From the NCBI GenBank assembly GCA_028023455.1, contig JAQFVV010000009.1, positions 9,052,001-9,116,000 of the forward strand: a DNA stretch of 64,000 nucleotides. Reading direction: 5' to 3'. Source of the stretch: Epiperipatus broadwayi. Taxonomy: Eukaryota; Animalia; Onychophora. Position 1 is the stretch's first letter. Each line of letters opens with the position of its first letter. The notes beneath the pieces were generated by a model that did no database searches, was not told where the DNA came from, and was given only the letters and a program-made list of their open reading frames with translations. The translations under genes and the position numbers were made by a program. Below are positions 50,650 through 64,000 of this stretch, one piece after another.

Positions 50650-50955
50650 TAAACCATCAAACATCACATGATCACCATTCTGTATGCTTACACAAGCTGC
50701 TTTTCACAGAGGCAAAACTCTCCATACAGTAGTATCACACAGTGCAAGCCAGAACAATCAATGGATGCAGGAAGGTTTGTGCATAAAATCCCAATCTAGT
50801 GCTTACAACTCCAATATCCCCAGATTAATTTCTAGATCCAAGGATCCTCACTGATATATTGAATAAGTAGGCACTAAATTGGGATTTTTTGCACAAATCT
50901 TCCCGCATCCATTGATTGCTCTGGCTTGCACTGAGTGTATGGAGAGTTTTGTCTC
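50650..50955. mobile_element. Family A fold-back insertion with a perfect 13-bp target-site duplication
   Basis: Minus arm runs to 50835 and the plus arm starts at 50834. TATAAAAATCTAT occurs at 50637-50649 and 50956-50968. Confidence 0.85.
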
Positions 50956-51449
50956 TATAAAAATCTATAATGATGATGAGATCTTGTTAAAACTAGCTCT
51001 CTTATTTCAGAACTTAGCTAAACATTCAGAATGTTTTAATGAAGGTGACTTGCAAATTGTAATATGGTAAAAGCTGCTCAAATTCATCATCATAAAATGT
51101 TCAAGTTGCTACTTATTGCTCAGGAGTTCACATGAAGTTTAAACATTAAAAATGGTAATTGAGCTATGATCTGTAGAGCTTGAACTCTAGAATCCATCTC
51201 TCTACTATTGCACTATATCTGATATCAGGGAAAAGTTTAATTAAAATAAAATGAAAATTTGTTTCAATTTTTTAATTGTAATTTATGACAGTACAGATAT
51301 TATCGAACCATCTTCAATTACATTTATTTATTTATGTTTACCATGAAAATGTTCTGATAAAAGAATTGCTTGATTTTTTGAAGATAGTACAACAGTTGGG
51401 AAGATATTTTTATGGAATCATGCAGTCATTCAAGAAAAGTTTCATCTGC

Positions 51450-52900
51450 TGTTATCTGAATTAGTGTGTATATATAGCTGCAGATCGAGCATCAGCTGTG
51501 ATAGGCAAAACAAATATGAAGTATCTCCTGATAGTGAATTTGATCTGATTCATTATTTTATGCATAAAGAAATGCTATACTCAAAAGTAGTGAAAATGAA
51601 ATATGTGCTCAAGTTGATTTTTAAAAAAAAACTGGAATTATTTATGTTTACATGAATTAAATCAATTGCAATTTGATCATTAGTATCAAAAATTAAAAGT
51701 TAAATGGAAAATTTGTAGAAGTTTGCTCACTGTCTTGTTTTAAAGTTTGAAATAATTTTGTGTATTACACCAAGAAATCAAAATATTTAAAGCAAAGATG
51801 AATTGCATGTTAATAATTAACTGGATTCTTATTGCTGTTATTGTATCCATGTTAGGATATTTTTATATTTGTATTAATTTCATGGCATAGAAACTTTTAT
51901 CTCTGTTGTCGACCATATACATTTAGCTTCATTCTAATTTTCTATAATTTGTAATAGACTTTATTTATGCATATTGTTAGTTCACTCTCAGTTTCAGCAG
52001 CAACCAATATGTTGTCTAAATATGGGATGACACCTTCCATGCTATGAAGTAAAATCCATTTTGGTTTGGAAGATATTAGATGCTACTGTAATGTCATACA
52101 ATAGCTTATTGCATTTGCAAAATCCCAAATGAATAGTAATAGTTAATAATTATGTAGTTTTATCAGTGATGGGGATTTTTGCAAAAAAATGAGATTTTTT
52201 GCAATAATGCTAGAAATTAACGTATACTATAGAGTAGGCTCATTTATTGATAAATTTATGTGACACATCGTTTTTGACATCAAAGGTATTCAAACGAATT
52301 TAACACAGAATTTCATAATTGAAATCATTTCATTTATATACATTGGGTTCAAATTTTCACATAAGTTTTAAATATTGGGAAAGATAAAAATTGTGATTTC
52401 ACACATTTTATCAAAGAGTTGTACATGTAGATCATGTGATTTTAATAAATACTTCACAAATGTTCAACAGTTATTTCAATGTGAAAAGCATTTTGAAGAA
52501 TTCAAAATATATAAAGAAGACAATTTTTATTATTAGATTCATTTTCTCTTAATATTTAGAAAGCAAAAGGAAATATTCAAATGGAACTTGTTGATATTCA
52601 GTGCGACACATAGCTAAAGGAAAGATTTATTGAAATTGGTATTTCTAACTTCTAGTCTTATTTACCATAACATCTTGTTTAAATTCACATTTATGCTAGA
52701 ATGTTATCTATTTTTATAGGACCAACTCTTATGAGTAATTATTGTCAATTTTGAAGGTAAATAAAATTTCATTAGGACATTGTTCACAGGTAAGCATTTA
52801 TTATCCATAGGGAAAATTGCTTTTTATAAAAATTAGAAGCTAGTATTGGTAAAATAATTTCTTTCAAAAAACGTTAAAATGATAAACTTTTTTTTTTTTT
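51450..52900 (+). mobile_element. Decayed GTF2IRD2/EPM2AIP1-like hAT transposase
   Basis: QMELVDIQCDT*LKERFIEIGISNF*SYLP at ~52578-52668. The left boundary is approximate. Confidence 0.65.
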
Positions 52901-55900
52901 TTTACGTATAATAGTTAATAATTCTATATTTGTATTAACATGGCATACTGTGCTGTTTAGCTCCATGATAGAGTAGTCAAATCAGAGTTAAATTTTCCAA
53001 AATCAATTCTCAACTAAGTAACGTAAATAAGTAAAAATTTGTTTTTAACTAATGCAATTATTAAATGCTCAACCTGCCATTAGGGTACTCAAATGTCATG
53101 CAGTCTCTCAAACAATTAACCATAAAATTAAAAATAATTGATATGAAGACAATCGACTCATATCATTGTCAAAAAATTGTCTTTGAATTTTAAATCAAGT
53201 TTCAATAAAATAAAGTTCACGATTTGCTTTGTTGTCATTGAAATATATTTAAAAAAGTCAAATTGGAATCTTGACTGGAACTTTTTTGAATTATGTTAGG
53301 GAGTGAAATTTAAAAATTAAGTTGAATTTTTTTTTTTTTACATGTGTATCACACTACTTCATATACAAGCTTGAGTTGATCCATGTTCTTATGTGAATTT
53401 CATGGCACTGATCTAGATTATAAAAGCTGTGATTTAATAATTATTGCATTCATCTTATGCACTCATGGAAATTTAGAAAATTTTTAGGTAGTTAACAATT
53501 TCCAAGCAAACTCAGGATTAATTAATCATCTTATACTGGTCAATAAAGGAGTATTTTAAATATTCTTGGCTGAAAGATAATCTGTGTTGGTCAGATGAAT
53601 GAAGATATGTTTACTATGAACAAAACATAATACTTCTCGAAGGGTATTGAACCAAAATTTATCTTAATCTTTTACGTGGTGAATATGTTGATGCTGCAAT
53701 TAAACAGCTTATCTTAATAAAATTTTAACTGGAAATATTAAACATAAGATTATTTATGACTGCTGTAAGTATATACAAATGCTCTTTTTAAAAAAAAAAG
53801 TTTATTCAGCTAGTTGCTACAATTTTGAAAATTTCTAAAAGATTAACTATTGGTAAAACAGTATTTTCTCCTTATAATATTCTTTGAAGATATAATGTCC
53901 TTTTTTACATTTTAATAAACAAATAATAAATCATTAAATATTTCAATTAAATTAATTGTATTTAGGGATGTTATTCTGCCTAAATTTATTGTATGGAAGG
54001 AAGACATAGATCCTCAAATAAAATAAAAGCAATAGGAAAAAAAAAATTGTTTAAGGATGTTCTATAACTTTCTGAAAACATGATTGAAAAATCATAAAAC
54101 CAATTACTATGTTTTTGATTGTAAGGGCCTATGTTCATTGGATTAGGCATGTGAAACATATGGAAAATAAGACTTCATAAAGAAAGTATTTTATCAACTT
54201 GATACATAGTCTTTATGAGAAAAGTAGATCTTGTTTACATTATAAAAATATATTAAAAATTCTATAGAAGTACAATATTTTATTTTCACTGGGATATAGA
54301 TAACTTTAGAATATAAAGAAGCTTATAATTAAGGCATTGAAGTCTTTCAAGTCAAATATACAAACTAAAAAAATAGATTATATGTGGAAATATTTATGGT
54401 TTACTCATTTTTAATTTTCTGCTCTTTGTCTTACTGACTCTCCTCCCTCCCTTCAAAGTTGAAAGGTTATATTTGTTTATGGTAGCTCCATTCTCAATAA
54501 GCAGACAATAAAATCTTTTATTTTAACAATATACAAAAGATGTTAACAAAATCTAAATAACATTTTTTTTTTTTAAACATTTAACTGTTTAAAAGTATTG
54601 TTTTAGAACATTCTATCTGTTGTGTTTATGCATGATTGTAATACATATACAAATAGGTATTTTCAATATATCTTATTAATGTAAGGAATTTCAGATACTC
54701 TGCTAAGTTTACCTCACACTTCCAGCTGTTCCATGACATCCTGCCTCATGTGTAGATAACACTTCCTGATATTCTGTGACAGCTTGCCTCATGTCTGATT
54801 TAGGTTCTAAAAGTTTCCAGTTTTAATGTGAACTTGCTCATTGCTTTAACCATATAATGGAAAGTATGCATACTGCCATTTAGGTCTGACAGTAAATTCT
54901 TGTAGTCTCTTTTTATTTCCAACTGGTCCAACTATTTATAGCCAGATCTTCTTTGATAATAAAAACAATTGGATTCACTGAGCATCATAACCCATTGGTC
55001 TGTATCTGCCATTGGATATGTGTTATGTGTTCATATATCTATTGGTTTGTGATGATGAATATTCAGTGGAATCAAAGTAAGATAGAAACTGAACTAGTCA
55101 ATTAGTTGAAGGTAAAGTGAAATATAATACTATCATTAATAAATGATTTATATAACATCCCTTTTTAAACATTTATCTATTTAAGAATATTGTTTTAGAA
55201 CATTTTATCATATATCATGATTTATATATTTTTTTTTTTTGTTGGTACCAGCAAAATTATTTTCCATTAAATATATGATATGTAGGTCACAATTTTTTTT
55301 TTTTTTTTTTAAATTAAAACTGAATTTTAAAGGGAAATTATTGTCTACTAAAACTATTTAAGGTTTATTGACAAAAAACTTTATCTTAGTTTTTATATTA
55401 TTAAAAATTATATATTAATCCTCAATACAAAAATTTATATAAAATTTCAGTTTGATTCTTTTTTTCCAGCAAAAGCATTTATTACTAATCAATATTCACG
55501 GTAAACTCTCAGCCCAAAGCTATTTCCCATAACTCTAGAACCATTGCAGAAAAAGAGCTGAAAATTTCTATTATTCTCCTTGCTCTAGATGATATTTTCT
55601 ATTGATTTGACAACAAATTCTTACCTATACTGTATGCTTTATATTTTCTCTATATAAATTTTACAAATTCTCAGAAAAAAAAAAAAATCCATTGGTGAGA
55701 GATTTGTGTTGAATTGACCAATATGAAATTTCTGAAGCATTTTGAATCCTTAAAATGGACTTTCCCATTGAAATCAACTTAACTTATTTTTTTTAATACT
55801 TCTTTCATGAAAGTTATTATTTTAAATCAAGTTTACACTGATGATTCTGCAGTCATATATATATATATATTGATATCTTATTATATTTTAATAAAAGTAT

Positions 55901-58322
55901 TAGGAACCAAATATGCTGAAATTTCTTACATTAGCATAGATATATCATTATATTTAATATTTGTTTAGCATTATGGTAATCCAGATCACATCTATTACAT
56001 ATATTCAATGACCCTTTTATTCTATTTCATTTGAAAATTTTAATATTCTAAAGGTTTTTATATAGATTTGAAATTAGTTCAGAAACTATATATTTGATAA
56101 TTTCAACTATAACCGGAGCTAGATTTGCTTTATTTATGCCTCTAGAAAGAAAATATTAATAGTGAATAGGGACAAAAATATTCAGAAGAAATAAATTATA
56201 CATATAATTTCAATTTGTTCTTGCTTATCCCTCACCAAAATATTTATTACATTGCAGTCTTTAATATCTTTTGTAAAATTGTACATGCACTTGTTGCAGT
56301 ATACTACCATTTAATGGATAGTATTGGAAATAATTTCTGCAATATTTGTATTTATTTTTGGGCTATTTTAGATTGGCTTTGAACTAAGTACTTAAAAAAA
56401 AAAAAATTCTTTTTAAGGAAATGTTTGGATGCCTAAATTACAATTAATCACTTCATCACAACAACTTTCCACATATTATATTACTTATACCTCAGATGTC
56501 ATCATGTAAATTTATTGATAAATAGGGACATAGTAAATATTTTTAAATTAAATTGTTATATTGAACAAATATGCAAGGTAAAATCAAAGAGTAAAGACAA
56601 TTTGTTAATAAAATGCAATCACAATTAGTAGTTGATAACTATCCAAAACTCATTGTAATAATAGTTGGACAAATTTAAGCCTGATTTCTTTTGGACAGTC
56701 TATAAATGTTTATATAAGGTATCTCACTATTCTATCTAATTTTACCGCTGTTAGTTAATATTCAATAATCAGATTTTTTGAAAGAATGTGTGCTTTTTTC
56801 TCTTATGTATTCAAAAGAAATTTGATTATGACCTGTTAGAAAGCTTAAATCTGGCAGAACAGGTGTGAACAAGGTAAAAGATGAATTTGATATTAGATTC
56901 TGCCAAGTCGATATTGATTTATGATGATAATATGAATGACGGATGGTTCTATCATGTTTTATTTTTCTATAGCCTTTTCACTATTGTGAGTAAAATTCAT
57001 CCATTTTGTCTTCTTTCACTATGTCTGTTCTAACACTTTTAATGGATTTGATCAACTTTTAATATATGCTTCAAATGAGAATTCTGATCTGGTGTAATTG
57101 ATTAATTAAGTTTTATTTTTTTTTTTTTATCTATAATTAGTGAATTGACAGTTGTTGAAAAAATATTTAAAATTAATATGATTGAGAACATGACATATAA
57201 AAAATAAAAACATATGAGTTAGCAGCAATGTGGTTTATATCTTCCAGGTCTAACTATTATAAGCTTAAATAGTTAGTAAGCACTAGATTGTAATGACAAA
57301 TTCAAATTCCCAAACTAGTTTTTGGATATTTTCTTTCATCAAGAACTTGCGTATGGACTATCATCTAATGTTAAGTAAATACTCAAGCTTACATAGATGG
57401 ATTCTGAAATAGAGTGGATTACTGCTTCTAATGCAATAATTATATGAATTTTCAATATATTACTAATCTAATTATAATACACAAGAGCAATACATTAATA
57501 CTAAACATAATATGGTTAAAAATTGAAAAATGCAATAATTAATATAAATATCTTATAACAAAGAATGTGAACTTTTTTATTATAGTAAAAATATTTAAAT
57601 AACAGAGAATCCAAACTGTCATTTTCTAATTTAGACATGATTTCATTTACTTGCCTAGTGCAGACATTTCAAAAATGCTAGTATGCAAAATGAAAAGTAC
57701 ATATGATTGAGATCAGTGCTAACTTATATGGCCACTATATGTTTATGATTTGATAAGAGTGATCACTGAAACTTATACACATTTGATTGAAATTATAAAC
57801 TCAAAAATATTTCATATTTTTATCTTTTTGACATAAATATTTATTAAAACATTTTTTCCATAATATTCCAATAAACCAGATGTAATTTATGTTCCATGTG
57901 GATCTTAAAAGTTCTTTATTTTAGCATCTGTAATCATGTGGCATTTCTGTCAAAGATGACTGTGTCATATTACTATCGTGTCAATATATCAGTAATCATC
58001 TGTTTAGTCTTATTACTTTAATTATCACCATTATTCCTCTGGAAAGAATATCTAGATACTTATTAAATACTATTATATGGCTACATTATTGGCTATGAGT
58101 TGAATCCTTGGTAAAACTGAACTTGTTTGAAAAATTCTCAATTACCAAAGTACTAGATTCAAAATTGAACCCCAGGGTATTATTATAGCAAGCAGATGTA
58201 TTAACTAATGCACTATGAAGTTCATTGTTGCTTGAGAAGAAAATAAAATGTAAAAAAGCTTGTGAAATGATACTGTGTATAAAATTCTCTAGGCTTCTAG
58301 GTTAGACAAAATAATTGGAACA

Positions 58323-58348
58323 CGTCGTCGCCGCCGCCGCCGCCGTCG
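58323..58348. repeat. (GTC)/(GCC)n GC-rich microsatellite
   Basis: CGTCGTCGCCGCCGCCGCCGCCGTCG in a very AT-rich intron. Confidence 0.9.
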
Positions 58349-59566
58349 AAGACCACTGTTTAACCAAATTTAATTGTTTTTATTTTAAATGAAATAAAAT
58401 TATAAAACTCATGAACAATATTTAGCAAAGTTTTAGGCTTCAAATTCACTGAGAAATAATCATTTCTTACTTGTTCAAAAATGGACCATAAATCATATTT
58501 TCAAAATAATCCGTGACTGTGTGATCTGTATAAATGGGAATATTATCATCTACAAACATTTTTTTTTGTTTGGAAATGTTTAAATTTTGAGAAGAATCTA
58601 GTTCCTCAAAATATTTGCCATTATAATACAAAACAATGGTTGAGGAAAGACAATACCATCACAACAATTCCACTTTCATGATTCATTGTTGGAGGTTTAA
58701 TTGTCAATATCTAAATATAAATTCCTCAATTATTTGTGGAAAATGTAAATAATTTGTTCAAATGTTTGGTGATTTTTCCTGTTATGCATTATCCAATTAT
58801 TTTATGTATCACCACTATTTTCATATCATCCTACATACTTTAATATAGTGGTAGGATGTCAGACTCTGGAGCATAAAATCATCATCTTGTTTCCAGTTCT
58901 AGAACTTCCCACTTGAACCTCTTATGAACTCCCAAGCAATAAGGCCATTCAATTATTCTTTAGTGCCATATTCACTCCAGAAAACAATGGCTTTTAAATA
59001 GCATGCTTTGGCCGATTTTCACATGTATCATCGGTTATTTTTCAAACAAAATTAATTTCTCCACATTTAATAAATGTAATTGTTATACTTGAGACTAAAA
59101 AAAAATGTATCATTAGGTATTCAAGAAGTCATGTAATGTGGATCATATCCATTCACTTTAGTCAGCTGAGAATTGATTAAGGAATCTTTACCTTTTGGGT
59201 TTGTCACTACACTGTCACTCTTGAAAATTAAATAGGTAAGCACTCCAGATAGTCAGATATAAACAATTTGATTCTTTTTACATTTCTTTATATGAATTTA
59301 TGAAATATAAGATAACTTCCAATAAGATTCTCTTTAGGATTCTAATATGTAAAAAATGAAAATATTAAGTATGATTATTTCTGCATTATGCTCTTATAGT
59401 GAGTGTACCTCATATTAGGTCCAAATCATACATATTGAGAAATGTTAAAATTAGATATGACATTTATGGCCTGTATTCATTTTCTTATTTATATCAAATA
59501 TTATATGATTTCATTAGCTTACTTTCCTACTTTATATGATATTCATTTTTTTAATTTTTTTTTTAG

Positions 59567-60220
59567 GTATCCTACCAGTTGAAAATAATTACTACAGCCT
59601 TATTTACAGTTTTTATATTGAAAAGGACGTTAACAAAAATTCAGTGGTTTTCTTTGTGTTTATTATTTACTGGTATAGCTCTTGTGCAACTCACTCAGAG
59701 CAGTACTCCAAAGAATATTGCTACACATCAAAATCCACTTTTAGGTACTCTTGCAATTGTAGGAGCTTGTATCATGTCTGGCTTTGCAGGAGTTTATTTT
59801 GAAAAAATCTTAAAAGAAAGTGATGTATCTTTATGGATGAGAAACATTCAGTTAAGCATGGCTGGAATTCCCTTTGGTTGTCTCGCATCTTATGTAACTG
59901 ATGGACATAATATAATTGATAAAGGTTTCTTTTTTGGCTATGACATAATTGTATGGATTATTATTCTCACTCAAGCTGTCGGAGGACTTATGGTGGCAGT
60001 TGTTGTGAAATATGCAGATAACATTCTAAAAGGTTTTGCTACAAGTATTGCTATTATTATTTCTTGTATTGTATCCATCATTCTTTTTGATTTTCATATT
60101 ACTCTTCAGTTTTCAATAGGAGCTTTTTTAGTTATTATATCGGTATTTTTATATGGACAGCCTAACTTATTCTCCAGCCAGTCCAATTCAAAAACTTCTC
60201 AGGAAGAGGTAAATAAATAA
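59567..60220 (+). CDS. SLC35A2: SLC35A2/Ugalt-like transporter, terminal coding exon (654 nt)
   Basis: tttttag|GTA TCC TAC CAG TTG AAA = VSYQLKIITTALF...SGFAGVYFEKILK...WMRNIQL...AVVVKYADNILKGFATSIAII...YG. Phase 0 joins FQ| of the previous exon across a 21.8-kb intron. Confidence 0.93.
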   Translation, partial: VSYQLKIITTALFTVFILKRTLTKIQWFSLCLLFTGIALVQLTQSSTPKNIATHQNPLLGTLAIVGACIMSGFAGVYFEKILKESDVSLWMRNIQLSMAGIPFGCLASYVTDGHNIIDKGFFFGYDIIVWIIILTQAVGGLMVAVVVKYADNILKGFATSIAIIISCIVSIILFDFHITLQFSIGAFLVIISVFLYGQPNLFSSQSNSKTSQEEVNK

Positions 60221-60227
60221 CATGCTG

Positions 60228-60233
60228 AATAAA
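60228..60233 (+). terminator. Candidate polyadenylation signal
   Basis: AATAAA 8 nt after the stop codon. Further AATAAA/ATTAAA hexamers occur near 60337-60362, so the used site is undetermined. Confidence 0.3.
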
Positions 60234-62099
60234 TTTTGCTGTATATATCTGGGCATTTGTTTTCTAAGACCAATTATGTAATGAAATCTATGCATATTTT
60301 TGTATTATTTGTTACTAAGATTCTTGTAAAAAAAAATTAAATGTAAATAATATGTAATAAATAATCTCTATTGTAAGATTTCTAATATTTTTAAAAATGT
60401 GTTTATATTTGTATCTTCCCCCTCCTTCCCTGTCTTGCTTCCATCCTCTTCCATTTTCTATTTCCTGACCAAACAATGACCCTTAATCATAATCAGTGGT
60501 AGTTGGTGATAACTTCTATGATTTATTCTAACGTCTCAATTTTTGTAGCTTCACCCTAAACCACAATGAGTCTTTATATCAGTAGTAAGTGATTTGTAAT
60601 TATATCTAACTTTTTATTTTTAAATTTCAAGAATACAACAATCCGGCTATATATAACAAGAATTAGATATATTTTCCATCTTGATATTTTTGGTATATTT
60701 TAATATTCAATTTGAACTTTAGACTTATGATTTAACATTTTCACTATTTCTTTACTGCTCAGTTTATAATATAATTCATCACTTTTTTTTTTGCACTTTT
60801 TTATTTTATTACATTTTCTCTCAGTCAATTTGTAATCTTTATCAGAAAACTATAAATATAATCATTATGTTTATGGATTAATAATATGCCAAATATCAAT
60901 TTCAATAAAATGATTATAAGTGTTTATAAAACGCATTCTGTAGCTTAAAGCAAAATTCCAAAAACAAACCATATCATCATTTTATTTTATAAAAGAGCGA
61001 AAAAGGAGAAATAGTGTAAATGGATTAATAAAGAGATAATTAAGACATTGAATATATGAGAAGAAAGAAAGGAAAGTTTGAGAAGAGTTATATTGGCTGG
61101 ACAACAAAAAATATGGAACAAATATTTAATGTCAAAAAAAAAAAAACTTACAGAATATTAAAAAGAAAAAAATGGAGATAACTTTGTTTTTAATGATTGA
61201 ATTCAAACTTTCATAGGGACAATAAAACTTAAAAATATATTTTTTATTTTTTTACATCAGCAATGCCAAAAAGATAGTAGAAAGATACTTCATGTTCTCT
61301 GGAGCTGCAACATCAATTGATCTTGAGTCAGAACATAGCATGATTATTTTTTTCCTTTCTTAGGCAAAAAAATAATGATAAGAATTTGTAACTCTTTTTT
61401 TTTAGGAATAATATATTAAATCCACCATATTCAACCTTTTTTTTTTGCCTTAGGCCACATGTAAATGTTTGCTATGTTAACATCATTGCAACATAGTATA
61501 TTACAGCTCATAATATAAAAATGTAAAAAGTAAAACTAAATATATCCAAATATTTATTTAAAAATTGATGTTGAGACAAATTTTTGGCTTATAGATAAAT
61601 CAGGTTTATTATTGTTACATGCTACTTTTAATATGTCATTGAAGTGAGAATTTAAGCTGATTTCTGTATACATTTTTTACGTATTTTATTTTAGAATGGG
61701 ATGATTCGCAAAGATATGTTGATGTAAACAATGTAAGCAGCATTTGGGCATACTTTTGTACAAGCTTGTATTTTTCCGATACTAATTTTCAAAATTTGGC
61801 ATATTCCTTTCCCTACTTCTTTTCTTTAAAAACAACTTCTAGATTCGTATTGTTTTGAGTTAGATGAATTCATCAAATAACTTTGCATAATTATATACCA
61901 ATGCAGTTAATTGTATAATAATTGCTGTTTCTAAGTACCAGGAATTTTCTACAAGCAACAGATAATATTTCCTAAATCCTGAAATCTGTTCTTATATTTC
62001 TTGTATAAGGTAGCTAAATAATTTGAAATGATCCCATAGTTTTCTGAAGATATGTCAGTACTATTTTATTTAACTTTTATTATGATATTAATATCATCT

Positions 62100-63300
62100 A
62101 TGTTTTTTATTACTTTTTACAATGCTTTTTTATAAAGATTTGGAAATATAAATAGAAGTTCTGAAGAAAATTGCTGGGGCAATTGAAACTGCCTAATGGG
62201 TTGTAAAAAAACATTGTAAAAAATAATAACGAACATAGATGATATTAATATTATATAGATTTGGCAATGCAATAAGAAAGATAAAGTTATAACTTTTATT
62301 ATGGTTGGAAAATTGTGCAGTATTGATTTGATATGTCTTCATAATTAGATGCTTAGTTTCTCTTCAAAAGCAAATATTTTATTCACCATCTACAAAATAA
62401 TTTTATTTTCAGCCTGTAAATCATAATTGAGCTCAAGTTTTTCTGTGATGACACACAGAAAGGCTAAAGGACCATCATTTTCAAGTTCGCTGTAAACTTT
62501 ATTGTTTTGTTCTAAAAATAAAATAACTTTATGCTATATAGAAAAAAATTGTTGCAAAATTTTATCTCTACTTAGCCATCACATTGAGTTAAGTCAAAAA
62601 ATATCATTATAATTACTGTTTATTTCTTCCATCGCAGTGTCTACTTCAGCCATGGAGATACTTAATGCCAAATTTTCTTGGTGAATGCTACAGTGAAATG
62701 ATAAGAGATTTGTTAAATTGTATTTTTCAGTATGGAAACAAATCCCTTTTCAGATCTAGTCATTGAAATACATTCAATATCTTTAATATGTCTAATACAG
62801 GTAGAATCCAAAAGCTGCACTTTTTTAATTTGTGATATTTTTATTATTAAATTTATCAAATAATACCCTGGAATCATTGATGATACATTCCTTCATACGC
62901 TCTGCATCAGTAAATCATTTCATATGTTCATGAAGTTTTTAATAAGTTTCATATGATGATACTCTTATCACTGATCTTATGATATTGTGATTAACATAAC
63001 ATTTTGATATTGTTGCAAAGATGTCTTGAAGAAAGTTAAGTTTTCATATCTTATTAAAGGACTGTTAAACAAAAGTGTCATTAAATAATTTGTGTTTTGT
63101 GGATTAATGACAAGCAATGTTATATTTCTTTAATATAACATTTTCATGACAAATCAACTAAGTTGCTGAATCATGTTGATTTTACAGAACAAAATAATCT
63201 TCTCAATTGTATTGAAACATTCTAATTTCTTTTTTGGATATTGTTCGTTTGTATTCTGAAAATACTCTCACCTTTGTGGATAAGTAAATTATAATTTGAC
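62100..63300 (-). mobile_element. Decayed hAT transposase, same family as 10540-12200
   Basis: The minus strand reads SFHCSIHQENF at ~62670-62702. It shares CTTATCATTTCACTGT with 11401. Confidence 0.7.
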
Positions 63301-64000
63301 TTAATATGTTTCAATATCAATTTCATGTAATTGACACTTGAAATTATATAAAACTATCACATATCAACATAATTATGCAACTAAAACAAATATACTCATT
63401 TGTCAATTGACTAATTATTCTACACATTTCAAGACTTTAAACACTTAAATTAATGAGTGGGTTTTGGACACATAAAACTTGGTGGCTAAAGGTTAAATAT
63501 GGCAGTCTTACATGATAATTCTGAATAAAACAAAAAAGGGTATGCAAAAGTGCTATAAATTAAAACACCAAATGCTGACCATTAGTTAGTGTGAATATGC
63601 CTTGTGGTCATTGTGATGGAAATATAAAATCTAATTAAAAAAAAAAACTTCAGGACTTCAAACATATAAAATTAAAGAAAACAATGGCTCAGATGGTGCC
63701 TAGTTTTGACTTGATAAAAATATTTTAGAATATACAAAATAGTTAACTATTTAAACAGTGGTATACAAGAAAATAACATCATAGCAGTTTAAATGGCTGT
63801 CATCGCATTACTCACATATAACCCAATAAGTATCTTAACAGGCCACGGGTATATAAATATTGAGTGTCTGATGTATCAGTTTTGTAATAAATCATTTAAA
63901 GTAGTATCAGATACTAATAGCTAGCTAAGCAGCTTTTATATTTTGAAATCTCATGCAAAATTAAATCACACATTTTAGCACTATTATACACTACAAAGAA

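Noticed and set aside
53400-54400. Possible LINE RT remnant (GHVKHM-like piece); a similar remnant on the minus strand at 58400-59100
   Set aside because: Too degenerate to assign family or boundaries.
59536-59802. 88-aa ORF overlapping the SLC35A terminal exon
   Set aside because: Alternative frame starting in the polypyrimidine tract, with no independent support.

Overview
This is very AT-rich metazoan genomic DNA, probably from an arthropod-like invertebrate (the species cannot be identified from the sequence). It holds two intron-rich housekeeping genes arranged head to head. The first is CHCHD4/MIA40 on the minus strand, with coding exons at 12650-12671 and 4007-4099; the rest lies left of the window. 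The second is an SLC35A2/Ugalt-type nucleotide-sugar transporter on the plus strand, with exons at 37411-37748 and 59567-60220 and a probable first coding exon at 13931-13973. The introns are full of repeats. The largest is a young ~8 kb Penelope-like element (PLE) insertion at 19878-27881: two tandem RT+GIY-YIG ORFs plus an inverted 5'-truncated third copy, flanked by a 13-bp direct repeat. It carries four copies of a variant hammerhead ribozyme (HHR) in its pseudo-LTRs. Not visible in the ORF track are at least two, probably three, families of non-coding tandem repeats of ~350-455 nt, each unit carrying a type I HHR (retrozyme-like). These repeats occur mostly as fold-back insertions whose inversion point sits at or next to the ribozyme. 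One has a perfect 13-bp target duplication, the same length as the PLE's. The inferred system is an autonomous PLE plus several ribozyme-bearing non-coding RNA passengers, all nested in introns of housekeeping genes. The rest is decayed hAT (Buster/GTF2IRD2-like), RTE LINE and older PLE remnants, plus minisatellites. All alignments, RNA structures and family assignments were made by eye; no searches or folding programs were run.
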